Origin: a virus
Length of the DNA: 64,000 nucleotides
Virus record (IMG/VR): IMGVR_UViG_3300025598_000024
Span: 41,160 to 105,159 of that record
Direction: 5' to 3' (one strand)
The notes under the pieces were generated by a model, which did no database searches, was not told the DNA's origin, and worked only from the letters and a program-made list of their open reading frames with translations. Below are positions 35,760 to 44,799 of the stretch, piece by piece. How positions within the stretch are numbered: position 1 is the first letter of the stretch; every line of letters starts with the position of its first letter. The position numbers were made by a program, and so were the translations under genes.

Positions 35760-38216
35760 TTATCCAAAAGAAGCACGGCTTGTAGTGGTCTGTGGTGCAG
35801 AGTTCCCATTCGTACTATCATTCTTGTTCTTTACAAGGATTGACAATAATTTATCAAGATGAGGTTGCTTGAATGCAACTTCTACAGCAAGTGCTGCTGC
35901 TTGGCCACCAACTGCTCCTGCTGTCTGACTTGATAAAGATGTTAATGCCTGAGTGCTAGCGCTAGCCATTGCTTGTGCTGATGCATGGTTAGAAGAAGTT
36001 GCAGAAGGGGATGGCACTGTTGTTGTCCCACCACTGGATGAACCTGTTGTCCCACCACTGGATGAACCATATGAACCATCTGCTCTAGTTGGGTGGTTGC
36101 TAGCACTCATCGGTGCACCGTTATAAGTACCATTACCTGTAACAGATCCACTAACTGTATTAAACTTACCTTTAGCCTGTTGGATCTGCTCAAATACATA
36201 CTGTGTTGCTTCATATGGCCCCTGGATATTAATACCCATACCCTGCAACACACCCATAAGAACATTGGCGTACTGATCAAGCTCATGCACGCTCTTAACA
36301 GTCATGAGATCTCTGCCAACACTGTTTGAAAGCATCTTGATAATGCTGCCACTGTACATATCAATAAATTTGTTGGCACCAGAAGCAGTGCCCATCATCT
36401 TCTCACGGTAAGCATACATCTGATTATAACTTATACCAAGCTGTTGTGACATCATTGCCATTCCGAACTGACTGTTCATCAGGTCCTGACCAGTCAGACC
36501 AGTTCCGGCAAGAGCTGGGTTGCTGCCAGTAAATTTATTAGCTATCCTGCCAGCTGCTCCACTGGCACTAGTGCTACCACCCCACTGCATAAAACTACCC
36601 TGTGCAGCAATTCCAGCAGTTTGTCCTGCAGCAGTGTTAAAGTATGAGCCATTCGAGTTAGCTGTATTCCGCATTGATTGAATCATTGCAGCAGTTTGTG
36701 CTGGGTTCATGCCAACCTGCTGTAGTGCACCGATTGCCTGCGCTGTCTGACCCTGTGTCATACCATTCTGTATTTGCAGAGACTGAGCGGCATTCTGATA
36801 CTGACCTAGCAGGTCTCCACGATAACCCAAGCCAATGCCAGCATTCTGTGCTTGCTGAGCATTACCAAAGCTGTATGTTGGGTTTAAACCACCCCATGAA
36901 CGTACTACATTATCCATGAAGTTTCCTGCACTCCTACCATAGTCAACGTTTCCGTATCCCTGGGCTTGGTTCTGTGCGTAGCCTGTCCCTACCCTCACCA
37001 TGCCTGCAACCTGATTGGCTAGCTGGTATGCATTGTAGGCTGTTCCAAGACCACCACCTATCTGGCCAAGAGTTAGGCCACCCTCTCTTTTACCAGTGTC
37101 AGGGTTTACTATTCCACCTATAGAATAGCCACTAATGCTATTAGCTATGCTCAGATTTCGATCTAGCTTTTTCATAACATTATAGATTAATTCTTCTGAG
37201 CTACCTTTTTGTAGCGGCCCACCACTACGGTCCCTACCAGCATATGCATTAGCAAATCCGGCTGCTGCTTTATCTCCGGTACCCATTATTTCTTTAATGG
37301 CTGCTCTGACATCATCACGATTACCGAACATCTCTTTTTTCATGAAGCTGCCGAGTGAGCCACCAAAGCCACGGGTACCCAGTATCCTATCGATCTGTCG
37401 TGTACCCTGATCGTATGCATCCAGAGCTGACATGTGGACGCCAGTGTTTCTGAATCCATACTTGTTTTGTATGTTAGAGAAGTTTTCTTTTAGTGCTTGC
37501 CTTGCGTTGTTGAATGCATCGGTAGCAGGGTATATCATTGTTGATGTAGCAGTTCGTCCACCGCCTTCTACAAGATGTAGCGCATGGCTGCCAGGCTCTG
37601 GTATGCGAATATCTCCATAGCCAGGTGCTTTACGCGGACCGTGCTCAGCGTCATCATAGTGTATTTCTTCAGGAGGAACTGATGTCCTACCCGCAGCGTC
37701 TCTGGTCGCTGCTCGTGCTCTTGCCTTGAGATCCTTTAAAGGGTCATTGATACTAAGGTCTACAGCGTTCTGTTCAGAACGGGTTGAAGCATGCTGACTT
37801 TCAAATGATTGCCTCTTCCTTGCATCAGCAAGGAAGTCGTATACCATGCTGCCGGTGGACCCACCAAACGTTGAAGTGGCAGATGATAGGGCTCTGTTAA
37901 CATCGTTGAAAGTTCCACCCTGTTTGATGATACTTGTGGTCATCTCACGTATAGCCTGTAGGTTATTATTCAGAGCAGACTGGTTAGCTTCATTCATTGC
38001 ACCAATAAGGCCAAGGATCTCTTTCATCTGACCCAGAAGGTTTACGTTCTCTTGGAAGAACTCAGCAAGTTTTGAAGCACGATCAAGCACGCCGCCAAGA
38101 GCATCGCCCATAGCCTGGAAGTCTTTTGCTGTTTGAGAAGCAGCAGACTCCAGGCTCGACATAGCATCAGCTGCACCGTTGGCATTAACAGTGATGTTAA
38201 AGACAATCTCTGGCAC
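35760..38216 (-). CDS. tape measure protein
   Basis: A/G/Q/M-rich helical protein following the tail chaperones. Confidence 0.75.
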   Translation of the reverse strand: MPEIVFNITVNANGAADAMSSLESAASQTAKDFQAMGDALGGVLDRASKLAEFFQENVNLLGQMKEILGLIGAMNEANQSALNNNLQAIREMTTSIIKQGGTFNDVNRALSSATSTFGGSTGSMVYDFLADARKRQSFESQHASTRSEQNAVDLSINDPLKDLKARARAATRDAAGRTSVPPEEIHYDDAEHGPRKAPGYGDIRIPEPGSHALHLVEGGGRTATSTMIYPATDAFNNARQALKENFSNIQNKYGFRNTGVHMSALDAYDQGTRQIDRILGTRGFGGSLGSFMKKEMFGNRDDVRAAIKEIMGTGDKAAAGFANAYAGRDRSGGPLQKGSSEELIYNVMKKLDRNLSIANSISGYSIGGIVNPDTGKREGGLTLGQIGGGLGTAYNAYQLANQVAGMVRVGTGYAQNQAQGYGNVDYGRSAGNFMDNVVRSWGGLNPTYSFGNAQQAQNAGIGLGYRGDLLGQYQNAAQSLQIQNGMTQGQTAQAIGALQQVGMNPAQTAAMIQSMRNTANSNGSYFNTAAGQTAGIAAQGSFMQWGGSTSASGAAGRIANKFTGSNPALAGTGLTGQDLMNSQFGMAMMSQQLGISYNQMYAYREKMMGTASGANKFIDMYSGSIIKMLSNSVGRDLMTVKSVHELDQYANVLMGVLQGMGINIQGPYEATQYVFEQIQQAKGKFNTVSGSVTGNGTYNGAPMSASNHPTRADGSYGSSSGGTTGSSSGGTTTVPSPSATSSNHASAQAMASASTQALTSLSSQTAGAVGGQAAALAVEVAFKQPHLDKLLSILVKNKNDSTNGNSAPQTTTSRASFG
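36021..36068. repeat. 24-bp tandem repeat x2 within the tape measure gene (GSSSGGTT)
   Basis: tgttgtcccaccactggatgaacc twice. Confidence 0.9.
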
Positions 38217-38218
38217 GG

Positions 38219-38656
38219 CTAATCACCAATCAGGTCAATATCGATATCATCAAACATGTCTATAGACTGTATCTGCTTGATGAATTCCATATCTTCTTGC
38301 TTTTCCTTTTCTGACTTTGTTGACTTAACCTGTTCATCAATATCTGAGAACAGCTTTAGCAGCTCGTTGGCTTCTTCAACACTCTCTGGTGTTACCCAGG
38401 TAACTCCGCTGTTGCCGCTGTCAGCTTCATCCTGCTTTTGCTTGATGTACTCATTGTACATAGCAGGATTATTGATCATCATCATCTGTTCGAACTTTCG
38501 CAGTTCATCTTCAGAATCTTTAACCTTATTGCGGTGTATAACAGCAAACAGCAACTGCTCTTGAACCATATTAAGATCAGTCTGGTTCAATATGCCACGC
38601 AGATATGCTACCTCTGCACGCTCAATAACATAAGGATCTAATTCCCATCTTTTGGG
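38219..38656 (-). CDS. tail assembly chaperone GT extension (-1 frame)
   Basis: -1 frame open from the slippery site: PKRWELDPYVIERAEVAYLRGILNQTDL... Confidence 0.75.
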   Translation of the reverse strand, partial: PKRWELDPYVIERAEVAYLRGILNQTDLNMVQEQLLFAVIHRNKVKDSEDELRKFEQMMMINNPAMYNEYIKQKQDEADSGNSGVTWVTPESVEEANELLKLFSDIDEQVKSTKSEKEKQEDMEFIKQIQSIDMFDDIDIDLIGD

Positions 38657-39129
38657 ATATCATTAGTTTCCTCATCAGCAAAGATACTGTTGGTGGCGAC
38701 TGTCTGCAAGATACCCAGTTCGCCCAAAACGACTATTGCCTTATCCTCTAGCCGCTGAATCTCATCGTACAGTATCTCTACAACAACGTCATACCAGTTT
38801 TGCGTGACATAATCAAACTTTTGCTTTAATGAGTTGACACTCTTAAGTGAAGGAATAAGAGGCCGATCATCAACGCTAACTAGACCTGCTGCTACCGTAG
38901 CTGATTTCCAGGCACGGTTAAAACCAACACTATCAAGATATGGTTTTGTGATCAGGCTGACTTCAATCTTTTCGTTGATAGTAAGAGTCTTAACAACGAA
39001 CTTATGAAAGGGGATCTGGGTTACCTCACTCTGTAGGTAACCCAGGAACAGCAACCCCTCGAATTCATCCTTCCAGGCGTCTGGGAAGGTTGAAATATTT
39101 TCTGTCTCTTCAGTGAAACTATTTTCCAT
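38638..39129 (-). CDS. tail assembly chaperone G
   Basis: position upstream of the tape measure; ends IPKDGN* over the slippery site. Confidence 0.75.
   Translation of the reverse strand: MENSFTEETENISTFPDAWKDEFEGLLFLGYLQSEVTQIPFHKFVVKTLTINEKIEVSLITKPYLDSVGFNRAWKSATVAAGLVSVDDRPLIPSLKSVNSLKQKFDYVTQNWYDVVVEILYDEIQRLEDKAIVVLGELGILQTVATNSIFADEETNDIPKDGN
38650..38656 (-). other. -1 programmed ribosomal frameshift site C-CCA-AAA
   Basis: X-XXY-YYZ heptamer in the correct phase three codons before the stop; -1 frame joins the next ORF. Confidence 0.75.
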
Positions 39130-39145
39130 GATTCCTCTGGTCTAG

Positions 39146-39171
39146 GGTGCGATACACTATTATATCGCACC
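39146..39171 (-). promoter_or_regulatory. inverted repeat enclosing a TATAAT -10 box
   Basis: GGTGCGATA-TAATAGTG-TATCGCACC upstream of the chaperone RBS. Confidence 0.55.
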
Positions 39172-39184
39172 TACCCTGGGCGTA

Positions 39185-40192
39185 CTAGTTCTTGTTGAGG
39201 ACTCGTACGTATGGCTTCTTTACTCTGCGGCTACGGATGTCAACACTGGCGTAGTACTGACCATTAGTTCCGCTGACAGCAGTGGTAAGAGTGGTACCGA
39301 ACACGTTGTTGGCCAGTGCACTGCCAGTGACAACGTTGCTGCTACTTACAACAGTGGCTTGTGGTGCGAACGTCTTGGCTGCACCAACACCACTGGTCAT
39401 GTCAACACCGACTGTGCTACCAGCTGCAGTGCCGCTTGGTACAACAACGTTGGGGCAAACACCCTCGATCTGTACCCAACCAAAGTTACCTGTTGGGATA
39501 CTGACCAGAGCAACTCCAGAGAATCCACCCTGCTTGGTACCGATAGCAGTAACGTAGCCACCCTGCGTGCTGGTTCCACTTACGTTGCTGCTGACGTTGT
39601 ATGGTGTACCGATAGCATCTTGTGTGACCAGGTAGGTAGCCCCACTTGCAACCGTGATGTAACGGTTCTGCTCGTCGTACCATACTGTTGCCCAGCCACC
39701 GCTAATGGTGCTGGCAGTTCCGTTGTAAGTCAGTGCATAGCGAGCACCGTCAGGACCAACCAGTGTCTGGTTTGCTGCAGCACCGCTAAGCGTGGCTGCT
39801 GGCAGACCAATACCAGTGTTGCTACCAGCTGTACCACCAGCGTCATACCCCTGAGCGGCAAAGCCTGCGATGCTGAACGAGCTCAGGTTAGGACTTACCT
39901 GGGTGAGCAGGTTATTGAAGCTGATTCCGCTGCCAGCAGCCTGCAGGTTAAGACCATTAGAGGATTGTGCGAGCACGAATGTGCCACTAGCAGTAGTTAC
40001 GCTACCGGTTCCAGTGTCGTCCAGGTTGACGTTAACAACCTTGATGATATTCTGGCGAGCACCCAGGCTGATCTTGCTGAATGTCTCTGCGTCTACTGTG
40101 TACTGAACACCTGGAAGCATCTTTCTGTGGTCAGGCAGGATAGCTTGACCGACTCCAGGTTGTAGCTGAATTACAAATGAACGAGCAGCCAT
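39185..40192 (-). CDS. virion structural protein (G/S/T-rich)
   Basis: composition; FGWVQ..G motif; position after the tube gene. Confidence 0.55.
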   Translation of the reverse strand: MAARSFVIQLQPGVGQAILPDHRKMLPGVQYTVDAETFSKISLGARQNIIKVVNVNLDDTGTGSVTTASGTFVLAQSSNGLNLQAAGSGISFNNLLTQVSPNLSSFSIAGFAAQGYDAGGTAGSNTGIGLPAATLSGAAANQTLVGPDGARYALTYNGTASTISGGWATVWYDEQNRYITVASGATYLVTQDAIGTPYNVSSNVSGTSTQGGYVTAIGTKQGGFSGVALVSIPTGNFGWVQIEGVCPNVVVPSGTAAGSTVGVDMTSGVGAAKTFAPQATVVSSSNVVTGSALANNVFGTTLTTAVSGTNGQYYASVDIRSRRVKKPYVRVLNKN

Positions 40193-40208
40193 TTTATGTT
40201 ACCTTTCC

Positions 40209-40682
40209 TTAGAGGAGTTCTTTTCTTGAACGATATACGATACGGATAGTCTTTGGGATTGTCATGCTCTGGATGTTGATCTGCTCATCGATAGTTACGT
40301 TGGTTACAACACAACCCTGATAAACAATCTTACGTTGTGTGCCATCTGGCTTGTTGATAACCTTTACACAGGTTACTTCACCCTGGGCCAGCTGAGCTTT
40401 GAATACATCCAGAAGGTCACTAGCAGTAGAGAAATTCCCACCGAGCTGTGCCCATACTTCGGCATTCCATTGTTCCAGGAACATGATTTCTAGAGTCCCA
40501 GCACTCAAAGCGATTGGGAACGCAATCTCGATTGGGTATGGGCTGTCTAGAGGTTGAATAGGCTGAGGTTGCTGAACAGGCTGTGGTCCAACCTCACTGA
40601 TCATCTGTGCATAAATCAGTGGCTGACCATTGTATACAAAGGCTGTATACCCACCACCTACACGGAATTTTGAATTAGCCAT
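40209..40682 (-). CDS. tail tube protein
   Basis: 157 aa directly after the sheath; Y.GC.V...DE. Confidence 0.75.
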   Translation of the reverse strand: MANSKFRVGGGYTAFVYNGQPLIYAQMISEVGPQPVQQPQPIQPLDSPYPIEIAFPIALSAGTLEIMFLEQWNAEVWAQLGGNFSTASDLLDVFKAQLAQGEVTCVKVINKPDGTQRKIVYQGCVVTNVTIDEQINIQSMTIPKTIRIVYRSRKELL

Positions 40683-40690
40683 GTGTTCTC

Positions 40691-42226
40691 CTAGTAGACT
40701 ACGAAGTTGCTCTGAGCGTTACCATAAACTACTTGACCGGTCTGCGTGTTAAGGCTGACATTGGCCTGGATGTAATTGATTGGGAACGTCGGTGCATATT
40801 GGAAGCTGACAGTAATTGTTGTAGGCGTAGCTGGATTGACTGCGAAGCTAAGGTTCTGATAGCCCTGAATCAGGCCATTGCTCAGAGCATTAGTAAGAGT
40901 CGCCTGTACAGTAGCCAGTGCAGCAGCACTTGTATTCTTTGTGAGAGGCCCACCAACCAGATAACTGTTGATCAGGTCAGTCCTTACAAGCTGTGCCAGT
41001 CTGTCACCAATTGCACTGATGGAAATCTCTTGTGTCAACCAGTTTTGTACATTGGTGGTTAGCCCATGCAGTACCCAGAAGTTTCCATCTGTCTTCTTGC
41101 GAACAACAAGAACTCCATAAGGCAAATAACTTGTCTGTGCATCTGTCAGGTTGATCTGGTTGGGGATGTCATTGAAACCAAGCACCTGCTTGTTGGTGAT
41201 TGGCGTGCTGATGTCCGGCTGCTGGCCTACAAACAAACCAGCTAGTGCGGCAGCAACATAGTAACCAGCAATGTTAATTGTAGCGTTGCTCAAACCGTTT
41301 GTGGTGTTAAGACCAGGATTAAAGTTAACTACAGGAGGGTAGATAACGCTAACTCTGGAACTGTTAAAACCATTGGCAAGAGCCTGGTAACTAGCTACTG
41401 TGGTCTGAGCATTGGTGCCATCTACACCCAGGAAAGCTCTCTGATAGATACCATTGTTAGCCTGAGTGTTGATGTAAGAGTTGATAGCATAAGCTACAGT
41501 ACCTGCAGTTACACCGGTGATAACACCACTGGATGTAAGTGAGTTGAGAGGTACAATAACATCAGCAGCAGTGTTGGACAGGTAGATTGGGTTGCTACCG
41601 CTAGTGGCTACAGTCAATGTGTTAGCCCAGTCACTGGGTTGAGCAGAGCCACTGTTCGATACACGAGCTACTGGTACGATACTTACAATACTAGCGCCGT
41701 TCTGGAACGCTAACTGGCTTGCAAGAACTGCTGGGTTGACGATAGTTGTACCACTGATTGCTGGCCCAATAGCACTGGATACAGCGTTCTGGCTGGTGTA
41801 CCTACCGTATGCCCCCCAATTGTGACCGTACTGTAAGGTTAGCGTGCCACTGGGAAGTGCGTTAACTCCAGTTGCTGTAACACCAACTGTTGTAAGGGTG
41901 CTGATGCCGTTAGCAGTACTAATATTAAAGTTGTATCCGTATGTTCCTGTTACAGTCGTACCGCTAATGCCGCTAGCCCAGGTGAGAGTAAACCCTGAAT
42001 AGCTAGCATAAGTACCGGTCGATGTGGTGTTTACCGTGGGAACAGTCAACTGACCTAGTGGGATACCACTGGTTGGAACTGGTGCATAGAAAGTATCAGT
42101 CTGACTACCTGGAGTGGGCTGGTCAGCTACAATAGCGATGCTAAGGCTGGTGGGGCTAACGCTGGTCAGCGCAGATGTTGTCTGCGTTACATACACACCA
42201 GGCACTTGGTAGTTAGAAATAGGCAT
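40691..42226 (-). CDS. contractile tail sheath protein
   Basis: YQVPGVYV start, AAALAG, P.TNK...GF, GLTT, EIS, P.FPINYI. Confidence 0.85.
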   Translation of the reverse strand: MPISNYQVPGVYVTQTTSALTSVSPTSLSIAIVADQPTPGSQTDTFYAPVPTSGIPLGQLTVPTVNTTSTGTYASYSGFTLTWASGISGTTVTGTYGYNFNISTANGISTLTTVGVTATGVNALPSGTLTLQYGHNWGAYGRYTSQNAVSSAIGPAISGTTIVNPAVLASQLAFQNGASIVSIVPVARVSNSGSAQPSDWANTLTVATSGSNPIYLSNTAADVIVPLNSLTSSGVITGVTAGTVAYAINSYINTQANNGIYQRAFLGVDGTNAQTTVASYQALANGFNSSRVSVIYPPVVNFNPGLNTTNGLSNATINIAGYYVAAALAGLFVGQQPDISTPITNKQVLGFNDIPNQINLTDAQTSYLPYGVLVVRKKTDGNFWVLHGLTTNVQNWLTQEISISAIGDRLAQLVRTDLINSYLVGGPLTKNTSAAALATVQATLTNALSNGLIQGYQNLSFAVNPATPTTITVSFQYAPTFPINYIQANVSLNTQTGQVVYGNAQSNFVVY

Positions 42227-42298
42227 ACAATCTCCTTCAATGCTTTGTACAACAAACAGCTGCTTTTACAGTGTTGGTTGAGAGATATTTGGTTAAAC

Positions 42299-42967
42299 TT
42301 ATGATGTAGTCGTCTTGGTAGAGTCGTAAAACAGCTCGCTTGGCACATAGGCAGTGCCGCTTGTAACAACCTCTGTAATCTGTGGCACTTGGTAGTCATA
42401 TTTACTAGTGTAGAAGTCACCAATGCAGCTTATTCTTACGCTAGCCTCATAGGTGATATCATCAGTGCTCCAAGGAGTACCGCTTGTGATGCTGTCACCC
42501 AGCGGGGTATAGGTATCGGGCTGCAGTGTCATACCAACAAGGTCATTGTTGTATATGCTGTTGTAGAATGCTGAGCTTGCCGGACTGCTACCGTTCATTA
42601 GTATAAGGTTTGTTATACTATCCCACAGTCTGTCTCGCTCTTCGCTATGCATGGCCATGATCTGTAGATCTATGCTGCCTTCAAAATAACCAGTACGAGT
42701 TACATTGTCTGCGGGATATGTTTGACCATTGATGACAATTCCATTTGTATCTGTGCTGTATACATCTGGCTGCAGACCAGACCACTGGACTTTCCCAGGT
42801 CTGAACTGCACAAGCACTGCTGGCCACTGAATAACTTCCAGCGGATAATTAATCGTGATGCTGTTGGGCACAAGATCCAGGCTGGTATTAACAGGAGAGC
42901 TCGCCAGTTGCTGGAACCCAGCATTAAGTGCTTCTACTATTGCTGTTTTAACGGCTGTTACAAACAT
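42299..42967 (-). CDS. tail terminator/neck protein
   Basis: YP....WPA.LV, A..SEERD; position. Confidence 0.6.
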   Translation of the reverse strand: MFVTAVKTAIVEALNAGFQQLASSPVNTSLDLVPNSITINYPLEVIQWPAVLVQFRPGKVQWSGLQPDVYSTDTNGIVINGQTYPADNVTRTGYFEGSIDLQIMAMHSEERDRLWDSITNLILMNGSSPASSAFYNSIYNNDLVGMTLQPDTYTPLGDSITSGTPWSTDDITYEASVRISCIGDFYTSKYDYQVPQITEVVTSGTAYVPSELFYDSTKTTTS

Positions 42968-43488
42968 TAGTAGGTCTTTCGCCCAGCATTGATAATATTA
43001 TTAATGGTTTCACCAAGCTTGGTTTCTTGAATAATCCTGACGGGGTCATCCACAGTCATGCCGCGTTCCCACTCTTGTGTGCTTCTTTCTACAGCACGCT
43101 CGATAAAGAATTGACCAGGCTCAGCCTGTTTTATCCATAGTGGCTTGCCATCTGTCAGGCTGCCATCGTCGGCAGATCTGGTTATGATGGGTAGCCTACC
43201 GACATCATTGCGGTTTATTCTTCTAAACGCCAGGCTGCCATCAGCTTCACGAATAGGAATAACACGATCAGAAACAGTTGTGATAGGCCGCTCTGGCTCT
43301 CCCTGATCGTACTTTAAAATGTACTGTGCGCTCTCTGGCACAACAATATCTACGATGCCATCCTGCCAGCTGGGCATGATCTGGTTGACTGCGTTAGCAG
43401 TCTTTTTAGGTGCAGTTGTTTTGATGATCTCAACAGCACGCCTGGATATTTTCTGTGTTTCACTGGCTGGTAATGGTATGTTGTTCAT
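42967..43488 (-). CDS. neck/tail completion protein
   Basis: AP.KT...W....PG..FIERAV; position. Confidence 0.5.
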   Translation of the reverse strand: MNNIPLPASETQKISRRAVEIIKTTAPKKTANAVNQIMPSWQDGIVDIVVPESAQYILKYDQGEPERPITTVSDRVIPIREADGSLAFRRINRNDVGRLPIITRSADDGSLTDGKPLWIKQAEPGQFFIERAVERSTQEWERGMTVDDPVRIIQETKLGETINNIINAGRKTY

Positions 43489-44168
43489 ATTATCGGCACG
43501 TTATAGTATGGGTGTGTGGTTGGCAGATTGTAAAGCGTAGTGAACTGATTGACTATTTTTGTTGTGTCATAGCTGATCCCTGGACCAGTCCTGACAGTTT
43601 GAACGTTAACTGAGCTCACTTCAAAACGGTCACCCAGCGCGGTTGGTGTGTCACCATCCCAGGAGAGCACTCTGACCAGCAGATCGCCAACCCGGATCTC
43701 TGGATACCATGACATCTGAACAGTTGGATTGTCTCGCCAGAACTGACCGGTGCTGATGTTGGCGCGGATCTGTGGAGTATCCGCAGCCAGTGTGTACAGG
43801 TGGTAGCAGGTTGTTTTGAAACCACCATTGAATGTGGTGCCATAGCAGTTCGGGCAAAAGCTATTGCCTGACTGCTTATAAACATTGCTCACACGAGACT
43901 GTACAGAAGCATTGGGATTGGTAGGATCAACACTGTCCTGGCACTGCTGACAGTAGCCAACCAGACCCAGCGCAGCATCTTCTGCACGCCAGAGCTGTCT
44001 TACAATAATCTGTTCACCGAACCACTGCAGAGTCTCGTCATGAAAGCGCTGCTGATTAATCTCAGCATAGATATCTCTTTGCTTTACTACAAGCAAAGGG
44101 CTTTCTTTCTGGTAGTAAAGATCTCCCTGCTGCACTGGTGGCAGTGGAGATGGGTCAATACCAGACAT
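43485..44168 (-). CDS. head-tail joining (stopper-like) protein
   Basis: CQQC...CPNCYGTTF.GG, P.IR.GDL.V; position. Confidence 0.6.
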   Translation of the reverse strand: MSGIDPSPLPPVQQGDLYYQKESPLLVVKQRDIYAEINQQRFHDETLQWFGEQIIVRQLWRAEDAALGLVGYCQQCQDSVDPTNPNASVQSRVSNVYKQSGNSFCPNCYGTTFNGGFKTTCYHLYTLAADTPQIRANISTGQFWRDNPTVQMSWYPEIRVGDLLVRVLSWDGDTPTALGDRFEVSSVNVQTVRTGPGISYDTTKIVNQFTTLYNLPTTHPYYNVPII

Positions 44169-44171
44169 TGT

Positions 44172-44798
44172 TTATACGCCACCCATGTTAGCTGCGAACT
44201 CAGCGACTTCATTTTCCCAAACCACGCGGGCGGACCAACCCTGCTCTGCATACCAATCAATAAGATCTTGCGGGTTCTCGCCGCGATGCCAGTAGGTTCC
44301 CCAAACTTCTACAATCTCACGGGTGTCACGTTTAACATAATCGGGAATATGTACGCCAACTTTAGGGTTACCAATAAAGTAACGTTTATCCTGTGTGCTA
44401 ACGTAGCCAAGTGGTTCTAATACCGGCTTTAGAGAAAGCTCTACTTTAGAAGATTTGTTGTTCGAGCCATAGACATTAAGAAACTTACCTTCCTTATGAA
44501 GGCGAACATTCTTTTCAGACATCTTCTTGCGAAAACTATAATCATATTTATGCTTTGCTAGGCGCTTAAGGTTGCGTGCACGCTGTTCTTCAAACGTAAC
44601 TGTGCGGATATAATGCCCTGCAACGAAACGATTTTGGCGATACTTATTTGTTCTAACAGTTTCACCACAACCACAACCGCATAAAACTTCACGGTCCTGG
44701 CATCCTGGGCATGTTTTACGGTCTGGACCACCACGAGTTTTAATCTGTTCTTTTTTTTCTTTACAAACACGGCACACATATTGGAGAGTAACTGGCAT
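44172..44798 (-). CDS. free-standing endonuclease (Zn/NUMOD-like N-terminus, DUF559/Vsr-like PD-(D/E)xK C-terminus)
   Basis: LCGCGCGE...RFVAGH; SKVE; IPD....IVEV.G.YWH...GW....VWE. Confidence 0.8.
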   Translation of the reverse strand: MPVTLQYVCRVCKEKKEQIKTRGGPDRKTCPGCQDREVLCGCGCGETVRTNKYRQNRFVAGHYIRTVTFEEQRARNLKRLAKHKYDYSFRKKMSEKNVRLHKEGKFLNVYGSNNKSSKVELSLKPVLEPLGYVSTQDKRYFIGNPKVGVHIPDYVKRDTREIVEVWGTYWHRGENPQDLIDWYAEQGWSARVVWENEVAEFAANMGGV

Positions 44799-44799
44799 A

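Noticed and set aside
39359-40165. 268-aa Cys-rich plus-strand ORF and the many other short plus-strand ORFs
   Set aside because: All overlap well-supported minus-strand genes; compositional artefacts
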